DNA of 64,000 nt, from assembly GCA_965240325.2 (NCBI GenBank), contig OZ251239.1, positions 1,550,001 through 1,614,000 of the forward strand, written 5' to 3'. The notes under the pieces were generated by a model. The model was not told the DNA's origin, did no database searches, and saw only the letters and a list, made by a program, of their open reading frames with translations. This stretch comes from Rebecca billardiae RCC1528 (taxonomy: Eukaryota; Protista; Haptophyta). The position numbers and the translations under genes are program-made. Position 1 is the stretch's first letter, and the number at the start of each line of letters is the position of its first letter. Below, in pieces: positions 1 to 12,058 of the stretch.

Positions 1-71
1 GCGGACTAGACTCTATCTAGAGCTGAATTTCCGCCTGAATCGACTCACAGAATCGAGGCGCTGCCGGCGGC

Positions 72-1289
72 GCGGCCTAGAACCGAGCTAGTTAGAGTAT
101 GATTGACCGATCCGGACAGCGGGCACTGAGAGCGGGCGCCAGTCAACGTCGGAGAAATCAATAAAACGGAGCCACCGCACACCAAGACATGCACGTCGAG
201 GTCGCCCGATCGCGCTCGGCTCCGCGGCGAGCCCCCGGCCCGGGCACTCGGCGTCGGACTGGAGCGGGCCTGCGCGCCGCGGCAGCGCGCGGCGCGCGGC
301 GCGCAGCGCGCGGCGGGGACTGTCACTTGTCAGTCGTCTCAGACTCTGACCACTGACACGTCGAGGTCGTCATCGCGCTCGGCTCCGCGGCGAGCCCGCC
401 GGGCATGCACGGACTGGAGCGGGCCTGCGCGCCGCGGCAGCGAGCGGCGCGCAGCGCGGTGGCGGCGGCGCGGACGGAGTCTCGGGGCAGCGCACGCGCA
501 GGGTGCGTGATGAATGAATCTTGCAGCAGCTGCAGGTTGTGCGGCTCCGTCGAGCCCATCGTCGCGACGCGAAGGACAGTAGACGAAGACCAGCTTGAGT
601 GAGCACGGCCTGCGAAGTGCGAGCGAGTCGACCGGGAACAGTCACGGGTCGCGAGTGCCACTCGCCCAGAAGCGACGTCTGCGGCCTAGAACCGAGCTAG
701 TTAGAGTATGATTGACCGATCCGGACATCGGGCACTGAGAGCGGGCGCCAGTCAACGTCGGAGAAATCAATAAAACGGAGCCACCGCACACCAAGACATG
801 CACGTCGAGGTCGCCCGATCGCGCTCGGCTCCGCGGCGAGCCGCCCCGGCCCGGGCACTCGGCGTCGGACTGGAGCGGGCCTGCGCGCCGCGGCAGCGCG
901 CGGCGCGCGGCGCGCAGCGCGCGGCGGGGACTGTCACTTGTCAGTCGTCTCAGACTCTGACCACTGACACGTCGAGGTCGTCATCGCGCTCGGCTCCGCG
1001 GCGAGCCCGCCGGGCATGCACGGACTGGACGGCGGGCCTGCGCGCCGCGGCAGCGAGCGGCGCGCAGCGCGGTGGCGGCGGCGCGGAGTCTCGGGGCAGC
1101 GCACGCGCAGGGTGCGTGAATGAATCTTGCAGCAGCTGCAGGTTGTGCGGCTCCGTCGAGCCCATCGTCGCGACGCGAAGGACAGTAGACGAAGACCAGC
1201 TTGAGTGAGCACGGCCTGCGAAGTGCGAGCGAGTCGACCGGGAACAGTCACGGGTCGCGAGTGCCACTCGCCCAGAAGCGACGTCTGCG
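72..1289. repeat. Near-identical tandem duplication, 2 x ~609 bp
   Basis: gcggcctagaaccgagctagttagag starts at 72 and 681; both units end ...agcgacgtctgcg. Only small indels between units; each unit also has an internal repeat. Confidence 0.92.
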
Positions 1290-1668
1290 TGGGGTGCGCG
1301 TCGGGCAGGCCCAAGAAGATGCGCAGCATCATGTTCAGGCCCACTAGGCCCAGCGCCTCGATCACCACCTGCTTCTTCGCTGTGTTGATCATCTTCACTG
1401 CCGCGGTTCGCGCCGAGTTTGACTGGCGGCCGCACGCCCCGGCGGCGGGCGCGGCCCGTGCGCTCGCCGTCCTGACGCGGCGGCGGTCCTGGATGCACTG
1501 CGGCACCTGGCCTGAACCCGCGTGCCACGCCACGCGCCGCCGCCGGGCGAGGCGTCGGCGGCGGCCGCCTCCGCCGCCCACGCGGCACGTCGCGCCATCT
1601 GGTGCGAGCCGACCAGTCCTGAGCAACCGCTTCAAAATCAAATAGCCTGATCGAGTACCCCCATAAAT

Positions 1669-1998
1669 TAAGATCGAATGGATATAGATAGCGATTACGG
1701 TTATCGAATGGAGATAGAAAGCGATTACGGTTATCTTTGTTTTGGCAATAATCAGAACTACACGACGAGATGATAGCGCGCGTTTACGGCGATCTCCATT
1801 AGCGGGCGTAGCTCCCGTAGCTCCAATTACCGGTTTTGCTGGGATCCTTCGCGAGTAAGATCGAATGGAGATAGATAGTGATCACGGTTATCTCTGCTTC
1901 GGCAAGAATCGAAACCAAACGAGATAATAGCGTTTACGGCGATCTCCATTAGGTCGTAGCTCCCGTAGCTCCAATTAAACGGTTTTGCTGGGATCCTT
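1669..1998. repeat. AT-richer diverged tandem duplication (~180 and ~145 bp)
   Basis: taagatcgaatgga...gtagctcccgtagctccaatta...ggttttgctgggatcctt occurs at 1669-1849 and 1856-1998. Confidence 0.85.
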
Positions 1999-2527
1999 AT
2001 TATAACAAGTTTTTGACTCGAAACAATCAAACGTCACTCGGCAAACTCGTACTCCAGCATACACGAAAGACAGGAATACTCACTTGTTTCACCCCCGGGT
2101 ATCTGATCCCACGTCCGTCCATCGACATATGGCGAATTGGCGGGCGCGCTTATTTCGTCAATGCGTCTTGCTAATGCAGAGCAATGGGCCAATGTACCCC
2201 TCGAAAAAGCGAAAACTCACCCTCCAACAGCCCTTAAAATCGTCCCCCGTCCCCCTTTCTTTGATCAAAAGATCTTTTTGACAACGTAGTGAGGGCCCTC
2301 GGCGAGGGCTGCACGCTACGCGCTCCGCCCTGCACCGCGGGCCATGAGTCTAGCCAGCGCACTAACTACTGTACAGTGCGTCTGAGGTCATGGGTTCAAA
2401 CCAGTTTCCAAGGTCTCTCTTCGGAGAGCGTGCGATGAAGGATGGCGCGGCAAGCTGCCACCGTGAGCCTTATTACGCACGTTAACCTCCAAACCACAGA
2501 ACCGGGCCTTGCAATGGAAGTCCCACG

Positions 2528-3667
2528 ATGGCGGCGGCGCCGCCGGCGCGACTTCTACTTGCGCTGCTGCTCCTCGCCGAGGCGGGTGGCATAGGGCGGC
2601 GGCCGCCGGACCTTGTGCACCTCGTCCTCACGAGGACGCGCGTGTGGATGCACTGCGCCGTGCCCAAGGCGGGCACGCGCTCCGTCTCGCAGCTCGTGCG
2701 CGACAGGCGTGTGCTCGGCAGCAGGCGCCATGCGCCGAGCAGCGGCGCGCAGCTGGCGTGCGCGTGGACGGCGTGCAGGCCGAACGCGACGGGGCTGGCG
2801 CACCAGCCCGCGCTGCGCAGCGTGCTCCTGCGCAACCCGTACACGCGCTTCCTCTCGGCGTACCGCGACAAGTTCGAGGACCGCGCGGAGGAGCTGCGGC
2901 CGCTCGTTCCGACGTACGCGGCTGCGCCGCACCCGCCCGACCCCAGCCGCATGCCGCGGCGTGCACGAGACGCGCTCGACATCCTGAGCAGGGCGAGGCT
3001 AAGCAGCAACCAGACCGCTGAGGCACTGCGCGTGGGCGGTCCGCTCGTCCTCGCGCGGCTGCTCGCGGGCGCAGTGCGGCAGCGTCCGGCCCTGCTCACA
3101 GACTTGGACCGACACGTGCGGCCGGCGGTGCACCAGTGCTGGCTCGACAGCGTGGCGCCGCAGTACGTGGGCACCGTCGAGCGCCTGGTGGGGCTGGTGG
3201 CGTGGCTCGCCGCGCAGGGCGTGCTCAGCCTCGAGGGCACCACCGCCGCGTCCTTTGCGCGCGGCTTCCACCATGGCGTCTCCGGACGGCGTAGGCGGCG
3301 GCGGCTGCGCGCGTCGGCGCCGGCCGCGCTCCGCTCGGCCGAGTGGTGTGCAGAGTACTCGACGGAGCTGCGCGCGCTCGTGGACGAGCTGTACGCCGTC
3401 GACTTTGCTTACATCCGGGCGCGGCGGCTGTACCGCGAGGACGAGCTCTGGCCATGCGATTCGCTGCCGACGCTCGCACCTACTGTGTGGGCGCCACCGC
3501 GTCACGAGACTACCCCGAGGCGTCAGCCGTCACGCGCTCTCGCCTCTCGGGCCATCACCGGGCAGCGCCGCCTTGTTGTAACGAGTGGGGGCTCGGGCTC
3601 GAGCGGCGCAGCATCATCGGCTCAACGCATCTATGGCAGCAGGCGGCTCAGGGCAGTCGTATTTTAG
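2528..3667 (+). CDS. Carbohydrate sulfotransferase (Sulfotransfer_2 / HNK-1ST-like), secretory pathway
   Basis: N-terminal hydrophobic signal; 5'-PSB motif CAVPKAGTRS; 3'-PB motif LLRNPYTRFLSAYRDKF; C-terminal LYAVDF. Confidence 0.85.
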   Translation: MAAAPPARLLLALLLLAEAGGIGRRPPDLVHLVLTRTRVWMHCAVPKAGTRSVSQLVRDRRVLGSRRHAPSSGAQLACAWTACRPNATGLAHQPALRSVLLRNPYTRFLSAYRDKFEDRAEELRPLVPTYAAAPHPPDPSRMPRRARDALDILSRARLSSNQTAEALRVGGPLVLARLLAGAVRQRPALLTDLDRHVRPAVHQCWLDSVAPQYVGTVERLVGLVAWLAAQGVLSLEGTTAASFARGFHHGVSGRRRRRRLRASAPAALRSAEWCAEYSTELRALVDELYAVDFAYIRARRLYREDELWPCDSLPTLAPTVWAPPRHETTPRRQPSRALASRAITGQRRLVVTSGGSGSSGAASSAQRIYGSRRLRAVVF

Positions 3668-4340
3668 CGCGCGCGCGCGCTTGACGTCAGCATATCCGAT
3701 CAGTGTCGTAGAGTACTGCGCGATGGCGATCGGCCGATCCGCGTCGAATAATCGATCGCGTCGAGTGATCAGTCGTCCGATGATCATAATAATATATTCA
3801 TATATATATATATATCGATGATATCTTCATCGAATATCGTCAGTACTAGCCGCGCAGCAGTCGTCGACTGCTGGCGCACGATGAATCAGTAGCAGCATGA
3901 GCCAGCGCGCACTATGACTGATCAAGCAGTAATTATTAGAGATCGATGATGATAGCAGATTTGAGGCACGTGTGACGTGAGTATCAGTATACAGGCGCAA
4001 TCGCGGGCAATAAGTCCTTAGAGCTGTCATGTTAAGAAACTGGGGCTTGCTATCTGCGCGGATCTGGCCTAGAAACTGAGACGCTATAGCGATAGTGGCT
4101 GGTTCGCTATACGCATAGTCACACTATAAGAAACCGGGAAGCGTCCTACGTCGTCCCGGCTGACGAGTGGTCCGCCGAGGGCGAGGCGCAGTCGGCCCGT
4201 CGGGGACGCGGCGCGCGGCCCGACTACGAGTACAGGCCAAGTCCCGACTGGCGACTTCTCCTGATGACTGACTCCTGGCCAGTGCGCCGCAGCATCCATG
4301 CAACATCACTTGCCAGCAGATTTGCTCCCAAAAGGCCCAA

Positions 4341-5186
4341 GACCCGTTGCACGGGTGAGTAACCGTGAGCGTATGAAAAAACGACATGCGTATGAAATGT
4401 CGGTTTTGTCACTCGCGCTGCCGCATGGCTGACGCCCGCGCCGATCCGAGCGGAATGGGGCATTGCGAAGCCGATTCGCAATGCCCCAATCCAATCGGCA
4501 TGTCAATCGACCCAACCGTCGCTGAGAACGAACGACAAAACCCAAGGCAGGTGCCCACCAAGCGACGCCGCCCGCGCGCCGGCAGCGTGAACGCGCGGTC
4601 GCGCAGAGGTGGCCAATGCAGAAGGCATCAGCCAATGCTGCTGCCTTCGGCAAGCGCGCCACCTCAGCGTCAGCATCGGGTGGGACCGTGACGATATATG
4701 CCCTGGATGCGGCTCCAGTCAAACGCCCTCGACACGGGGAGCCGCCATCGGCAGCGAGCGCGCCACGGATACATACACGTGCTGTCCTCGTGAATGAGGA
4801 TTCAGGAGACGAGGCGCCGGCGGCTCGGCCCGCGATGCGCAGGCAGGCTGGAGTGGCTCACGCTGCGATCGCGTGTACGGGTACAGAAGGCGTGCGCACG
4901 CAACAACACCGCCTACGTGAAGCGCGTGGGCAAGCTGCTGAAGCTCTCACGATGCGTGCGCGCCTTCCTTCTCACCTCTGCGCTCGCCGACCGCTGCCTT
5001 CCGCGCGGCAGACAGGGGACACCTGCCACCTGGCGCGCACGACGCAGCGTGTAACGCAGAAGGTGGTAGATCCGCTGCCACGCTCCCGCTGCCGCTGCTG
5101 CCGGCGGCAGCGGCATGCCCGAGGCGGCGACGGTGACTATCACTGCCAAAGTGTCGTTTTTTCGGCGCTCACGCGTGCAACTGGTC
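4341..5186. mobile_element. Possible degenerate inverted-repeat element
   Basis: 4341-4386 (gacccgttgcacgggtgag...gaaaaaacgaca) is an imperfect reverse complement of 5151-5186. No intact ORF or TSD seen. Confidence 0.4.
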
Positions 5187-5816
5187 CCAAACTTTTCTTC
5201 GGCCTCGCCGGCCGGGCCTAAAGACTCAGCGGGGGGCTCCCCCTGCGCCCCCCGCGCCTGCGCGGCGGGCGGACTACCTAGCCGTAAGAAACTGATGAGA
5301 CTCCGTAGGCGCTCGGGGCGGCTCGGGCTACCGAACGGCAGCAGTAAGACTGAACCGAGGCTACTGGTGCTAGCCGTGAGACCGAGAAGTCATCATTCAA
5401 TGTCACTACTGATGAGAATCTCTGACTTCTTATTGCCCGCGATTGCCTGTAGCTGATGTAGGTGTCATGCACTCCATCACTGCTATTAGTCTGATAAATA
5501 ATTAGTATATTACGCGGCGCGGTTCACCGCAGTCACGCGCGCTGAGTCCGCGCGCCCGTCCGCGAAGAATAATCCGCTCCAGTCGCGATCAGTGCTCGTC
5601 GTCATCGGCAATAAAGATGATGATGATCGGCAGCACGGTTCGCGGTCACGGCCCTGGTCCACCGATGATGTCGTCGGCGGCGTCAACAGCTTCAAGTGGC
5701 CCGTCGGCCCCGCCTTGGGGCGCGGCAGCAGCAGGGGCTGACACTCGAGGGTTCATCCGACCTGCAAAGCGTGCTCTTCGCCGCTGCGGGCCACGGGGCC
5801 CGCCCGCGCGCACTGC

Positions 5817-6901
5817 TCAGCCCTCGCGCTGCACGACGACCTTGTTGCGGCTGTACGTCGTCATCGCGTCGTTGAGGTCCCTCGCCTTCGCCTCGAGCTG
5901 CGAGCGCTTCTTCTTCTGCGAGAGCGTGTCTGCGACCAGCGGCATGCGCTGCAGCTCTCGCAGCACGCCCGCTGAGCTCTGCTGCAGCTGCGACAGCGTC
6001 TCCTGCCGCTCCGCCTCGGGCACGAGGCGCATGCCGGGCGGGCAGATGCGCCGCTCCTCCTCGTCGCGCTGCTTCTTCTCGCGCGCGAGCGCCAGCTCGA
6101 GCTTGCGCTGCACCAGGTAGCCGGGCAGCGAGCCAAAGTCCGGGTGGTGGGAGACGGGCTCGGGCGGCAGGACCGCCTGCTCGGGCGAGCGGAAGGGCGG
6201 CGGCGCCGCCGGCTTGGCGCCGACGCGCGGCGAGGCGGCGGTGCGCGGGCGCGGCTCGACCACGCGCTTGATGTTCTCCGACACGAAGTCCTTCGACCCC
6301 GCGCCCGCGCGCGGCGTGCTCGGCGCCGCCTCGCCGCGCCGCGGCACGGGCGGCTTGCGCGTGCGCGGCACCTCGGGCTCCTCGAACGGCGTCGAGAGGA
6401 AGACGGGCTTCTGCGCCGAGTTCGGAGCGCGCGGCAAGGGCGGCGCGCGGGCGGGGCGGGGTGAGAGAGAGCAGGGCGTGGCCGTGCGCGGGGGTCCGCG
6501 CGCGCGCGCGCCGTCCCGCACGCACGCACATCCTCCGCCACACGCCCAACAACAAAATGCCCCGTCGCCGAGCTCTTGGGCGGCGCGGTCGCGGGGCGTG
6601 CGCGCGGGCTCGGCTTCTCAGTGAGCTGACGCGCGACGACCGAGCCCACGTGCGTGTACTTGCCGTTCTTCTGCTCGGGCGAGTTGTCCGCGTCCTTGCC
6701 CTCCGCGGCGGTGCGCTTTGCGCGCACGTCGTCGTTCATCTGGCGGAGGCGGCGGAAGTGCTCCGACTGGTGATTCTTGGGCGTGACGCCCCGCCGGCGC
6801 ATCTCGTCGCGCACGCCGTGCGTCGGGTTGAGCAGCGCGCCCATCTGCCCCGAGTTGTGGTGGTGCTGCCTCGCGGCGCTCGTCGGCTGGCCGCCCGGCA
6901 T
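5817..6901 (-). CDS. Enkurin domain-containing protein (ENKD1-like); 2 exons, intron 6411-6529
   Basis: PKNHQSEHFRRLRQM; C-terminal enkurin domain HPDFGSLPGYL...CPPGMRLVPEAERQETL...YSRNKVVV; a GTGCGT..GCGCAG intron joins the frames. Confidence 0.82.
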
Positions 6902-7455
6902 GCCCGCCCACTTCGATGCAAGTTGAATGTCGATCGTGACCAACCGCCCGTCCCAAGAAAAGCGGCCCGGGTCCGGGAGTTGAGAGCCGACCAACGTCCA
7001 ACGAGTCCTCTGCGAGACTGCGACCCAAGGAAAGATCTACAGAATGATCGGGAGATGCAGAGCGTGCCGATCGCGGACCGCAACTGGGTGCCCGCAGACT
7101 CAGAGGCGCGTTAGGGACACGTTACGCCCGCCCGTCGCTGCCGCTCGCACCGTACGGCCGCCTCCGCGCGTCAGGTTCGGTCCGGGTCCGAGTCACCCGG
7201 GCCGTGGCCGCGACCGCGGCGCAGCGGCGCAATCCGCAGCCGAGATCGGACATATCAGCTCGGATTGTCATTGTGCATGCCATGTCGGGGTTGGCTCGAC
7301 ATTGTTGGCTCGACATCCGTCTCCGTACAGCTGCCAGGGCCCGATGCTGCATGCGTGCGCCCGGCTGACGCTCTGACGCTCTACGATTGTCGTGCATCGC
7401 GCTGGGCGGCCATTCTGGAGCCTAGAGCCAAGCCGGCGGCGGCGGCTGGCGCGTT

Positions 7456-7697
7456 ATCTCACCTGCCTGAGCTGAGTGCGACTGTGCGTCTCTTATTTAG
7501 TAAACTGTACAGTCAAAGGAATCAAGGGGGGGTACTGTAGGCGCTGAACATACTGTACCGCGATGCGTGTGCCGAGCGAGCCTGTGAATCCGCGTGATCA
7601 AAAGCGGCGGGTCAGATTTTTGTGCCGACATTTGGCCTGGTGAACGGTACAGTTTACTAAGAATAAGAGACGCACACAGCTCAGGCAGGCGAGATTA
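7456..7697. mobile_element. Back-to-back pair of a ~49-bp terminal repeat (TA|CAGTTTACTAAGAATAAGAGACGCACACAGCTCAGGCAGGCGAGAT)
   Basis: 7456-7511 is an imperfect reverse complement of 7647-7696. The same motif recurs at 41841-41889 and, split, at 37996-38027 plus 39751-39765. Confidence 0.8.
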
Positions 7698-8346
7698 CAG
7701 TGTAAATCCTAGTCATGTCGGGGTAAGACAGTGTTAAATTTTAGCGGCGTGGCTGCCGTGGCATGCAGCGGATCGGGGTAAATGCATATTCGGCCACCGA
7801 ACGCGACGCCTCATCAGCAACGACTTCTGATTGAGCAAATGTTCAATGCTGCGCCTTTTGGCGAAGACAGTTCTTGCGCACGGCAGTGTGTTGATTGTGA
7901 GTTTTAGCCAGCTCTCATCATGCGGGCACATCAGACCTGCCCGGTGCCTCTTGAAACTCGCCGCGGCTACTTGCATCGGAACCGCATCACTTTTCGCCAT
8001 CCCGCACGCGTGCGGGCATCAAGCGGCGCAGGGATTCGATGAATATGGCGACGTCAGGTTACGCGCCAGGCCGGTGCTATTGAAAAACCAGCAGCCGCTC
8101 ACGAATGGCCGCGCACGTTTCCGCCGAACAACGTGCGAAGTGGCAGTGGCACGCCGTCCCGCGACCACACACATGGCGCACCAGGATGCCAGCCGGATCG
8201 GCGAGAACCAGTGGCTCGACATTCCGTACCGGCGGCGCGATAGCGAGCGGAGCATCTCAACGCCAAGCCACTCCGTCGCGGCGTCATCCTCGCAGCGCAT
8301 CAAGCCAGCTGCTCCCCACGCGCCGAGCGCCTCCACGCGCAAGCGC

Positions 8347-9245
8347 ATGTCGACAGCGGCCGGCGGCGGCCCGCAGCGCACCAAGGTGAGGCGGCGGCCG
8401 CCGCAGTTCGTCGCGGGGGCAGCCGTGCCCTGGATGCGCGTGCCCGACGACATGTACGGCCCCACCTTCGACCGCGCCGACGCCACCTCGTGGGAGTCCG
8501 TCGGCAGGCGGAAGATGCTCGCGAGTGCGGCGGCGCACGGCGCGCCGCTGCCCAAGCTCGGCTGCTCGCTGTGCGAGCTCGAGCCCGGGCAGACGATGTG
8601 GCCGTTCCACTACCACCTAGGCTCGCACGAGGCCCTGTACATCCTGAGCGGCAGCGGCACGATGCGCTGGGGCTACCCCGACAATCAGGTGCTGCCCCGC
8701 GCGCGCGCCGCGGTGCCGCCCGTTCGCGCCGTGCCGCGCGCTGCCGAGGCCCCTGGCTCACGCCTCGCCGCGCGCCGGCCGCCCGCGCGCCCGACGCGCC
8801 ACAGATGGTCCCCGTGAGCGAGGGCGACTACATCGCGATCCCGCCCGGCCCGGACCACGCGCACCAGCTCACAAACACGGGCGCGCGCACTCTCCGCTAC
8901 CTCGCCATCGACTCCAAGTCGCAGCCGGACGTGACGGTGATGCCGGACTCGCAAAAGTACGGCGTGGTGGGCTCTGTGCCGCACGTGGACGGGCGCGCGC
9001 GGCATCTGCACACCGCCTTCTTCGACGTGCGCGACGCCCGCCCCTTCTTCGACGGCGAGGACGACTTTGGCCGCGCGCACTTTGGGCACGACGCCGGGCC
9101 GTGCCGGCCGAGCTGCGAGAACGTGTACGTGCTCGGAGGGATGAAGGAGGTGGCGGCTGCGGCGGCGGCGCGCCGAACAGAGGCGAACGCGGCGTCGACG
9201 GTCGAGTCGCCCCGGCACTGCGCGCCGACTGGCTCGCTGCCGTGA
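8347..9245 (+). CDS. Cupin-domain protein of bacterial type; 2 exons, intron 8689-8804
   Basis: Cupin motif 1 ELEPGQTMWPFHYHLGSHEALYILSGSG; motif 2 GDYIAIPPGPDHAHQLTNTG; tail PDVTVMPDSQKYG. Start codon uncertain. Confidence 0.85.
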
Positions 9246-9540
9246 ACGCGCGCGAGGCTGCTTCTCGGCGGGGATGCCGCCGTGTACACTCAGGCTGAGC
9301 TCACTCGATGACGAATGATGCTGAGTCAGGCCGTCAGACCGCGTGACTCGCCCGCGAGACCGAGCCTGCCGACGCTGCGGCGATCGAGCGACTCATCTGA
9401 CCAGGCGCCGCACGCGGTCCCACGCGCCACATCAGCGCTCGGCGGTAGTTATTAGACTCTGTGCCGCTCGCATGAAGCCATGATAATTCTGACGGATGAT
9501 GAGACATGAGTCAATCGGGAATTATAAGGGTCGACTAGGC

Positions 9541-9950
9541 TGTTCGGCCCCGCTCGTCCCGGGCGGGCGCGGCCGGCCCATCGGGCAAAGGATCATCCGC
9601 CTGATCGGATCCAGATCATGCGGGCTCATGCGGGCACCACCGCACTGACAAGGACACCTCCGGGACGGCCCTGCTCGTGGCAGTCGTGCGCGGCGGGCCC
9701 GGCGCGGCTGCGATGACGGCTGTGAGGCGGCTCGGAAGAGTACGTGCTGCTTAAAGTGTTGTTCGGCCCCACTCGTCCCGGGTGGGGGCGCCAGGACCTT
9801 CGGGCAAAGGATCATGCGGGCATCACCGCATTGACAAGGACACCTCGGAGCCCCGCTCGCCTGGCAGTCGTGCCGGGCCGCCGGCTGCATTGACCGGCTG
9901 TGAGGGCGGCTTGGAAGACGAGTGCTGCAAAGTGTTGTTCGGCCCCGCGC
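9541..9950. repeat. Degenerate tandem repeat, ~175-220 bp unit, about 2 copies plus a partial third
   Basis: tgttcggcccc recurs at ~9541, ~9760 and ~9936; gggcaaaggatcat and gacaaggacacctc each occur twice. Confidence 0.7.
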
Positions 9951-10684
9951 GACCATGCGCTCGAGGTCGGCGCGTTGTCATAGATAATGCAGCTGGCAGC
10001 AAGGCCAACGCCGGTCATAGCACGCGGTTGGCAAGCCACCCGCGCGCCCTGCACGTGCTCGAGCTGCGGCATCATCGTCATCTCATGCTGAGCTGCCATC
10101 GTCCCTGTCTTGCCGGCAGCCGAAGGGCGAGCTCGAGCGGCGGCGCGCGGCCGCATCCGAGGCGAACGTCAGCGGATGTGCAGCGAGACGGTTCGATGCC
10201 AGCTGGACGATCATGGAGCAGTGCATGTCCCTGCAGAGCTGGCCGTGCTCTGCGGCGGGCCGGCCGCCGCCGACGCACGACGACACGCCGCAGCGCTGGG
10301 ACGAGTGCTGGCTGGACCATCCGAACGCTCGCGGCCGCGTCGCGCGAGCGAACGCTCGTCGACTTTGACGGCCTCCCTGCGCCCGCCGGCTCGACCGCCC
10401 CGACGACGCCGACGTCGCGAGCACGCCATCACCCAAAGGTTGAGCGCGCGGGGCGCAAGGCACGCCCGCCATCGCTTTGCGCTCGTCGCGCCCAACCACC
10501 GTCCGGACACGGACAGTCCGGGGAGCGCGGCAGATGTCGATCTGGCAGATGTCGATCTGGTGCTTAGTCCCGAAAAAGTCTGAAAGAGTCTGAAAGAGTG
10601 CAGATTTCGCCAGATTTTTTGCGGTCCGGGCGCACTTTCGCGCACTTTTGCCCGAGCGAGCGAGTCGCGCTTTAGTAGAGTGCA

Positions 10685-12058
10685 GATTTTTTTGGCTTCG
10701 GCGCACGGGAGGGCTGGTAGCGCCGATGGGCGCCCATGGCGCCCGTCCGCCCCAGTGGCGCTCCACTGTGTCAAACGCGAGCTCCTGCGCTGCCCTACGC
10801 GGGTGCCGTTGGTCGCGCGCTGGTCGAGCGACCTTGGGCACATGACTGCTCCTCGTGGCGCGCGTCTTGACCGTCGACTGAGCGCGCACTCCTGCCCACG
10901 AGCACGCCGCACCGACCTCGTCGCATCATTCGAACCAGTGGGCCGCGCAAACATGCGCGTGGGTAGGCATGAGTGAGGTGAGCGCGCTCAAACGCTCGCT
11001 TGCCTGGAGGGGAGCTCCGTATCGATGAGTCTCGCACGCGTTTGCCTCGCGTCGAGCCCATCTGGGAGCAGTCACCGCACGCGCAGACACGCGTTGCGAA
11101 AGGATGATCAGCCGGCCACGCGTGCAGAGCAAAGCAGATGACTGCCCGTGCGTCAAACCGCATCAGACTGGTATCCGCCGCTGCGTAGCATGCGAGCCGT
11201 ACCCAGGCGCGACTGCACAGCCAGCAGACGCCGCGCCCAACGCCTTCAAACAGCGCACGCACCGCCTGTTGTCATCCTCGTGGATTGCTCGGAGCCGACG
11301 GTCGCAGCACGCGGATAGCAAACAAGCTCTGGCCGACGTTTGAAGCCCGTAACGATGCCGAGCTGCGCTGTGCGTGTGTAGTATGGGTCGATCGCGTGCG
11401 CGCCACAGCCACGGCACGCACCCCAACTCCACTGTGGGCCCATGATGCGTGCGTACCAACCAGCAGCCAAAAACACACCGCCGAGCACCGTCGACGTGTC
11501 AACCGTGCACACACTCAAGGCGAGTGCGAGCACAGCCGGGTGCAGGTGGCTGGCCGTGGCAGCTGGGGAGAGCGCTGCGTCATGCTAGCCGCCGCTCGCC
11601 TCGATGGCCTCGCAGAGGAGGAGCAGCTTCAAATATTCAAGCTCACCTGCGCGGAGAGCACGTGATGCGTGTGGCGCGCGCAGGAAGGGCATCATGCGGT
11701 TAGGTCTTCCAGTTCCTGTCACAACATCATCTGAACCATCTCAAACTGCCAAACCTAACCGCATGACGCTGTTTCTCGTCCCGCAACGTGGCGCGCAAGC
11801 ATGCGCAAGAATGCAACATCCAAATGCAATCGCTGCGTGTGCGCGAGGCAGACGCGGAGAGGGGCGTGGCGGCGCGCGAGATGGCGCACCTGGGTGTCCT
11901 CGTCACCGCCGACCAGCGCGAGGGGCCGCGCGCCCTTCGCCCGCGTCGCACGACCCCGGCAGCGCGAGCCCCCGCAAACGCAACTTTCGCGCGCTTTCAC
12001 GATGGCCGCTCGTTGACGAGATCGGCGCTCCGTGCGCCGAAGCGAAAAAAATCGACCC
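10685..12058. mobile_element. Decayed TIR element, possibly Mutator-like
   Basis: 10685-10727 gatttttttggcttcggcgcacgg...agcgccgat is an inverted match to 12021-12053; right end ...tcgaccc. Interior has no intact ORF. Confidence 0.5.

Noticed and set aside
7533-7557. TACTGTA as Tc1-type excision footprints
   Set aside because: Too short, and such words are common in the local intergenic sequence; cannot be supported without an empty allele.
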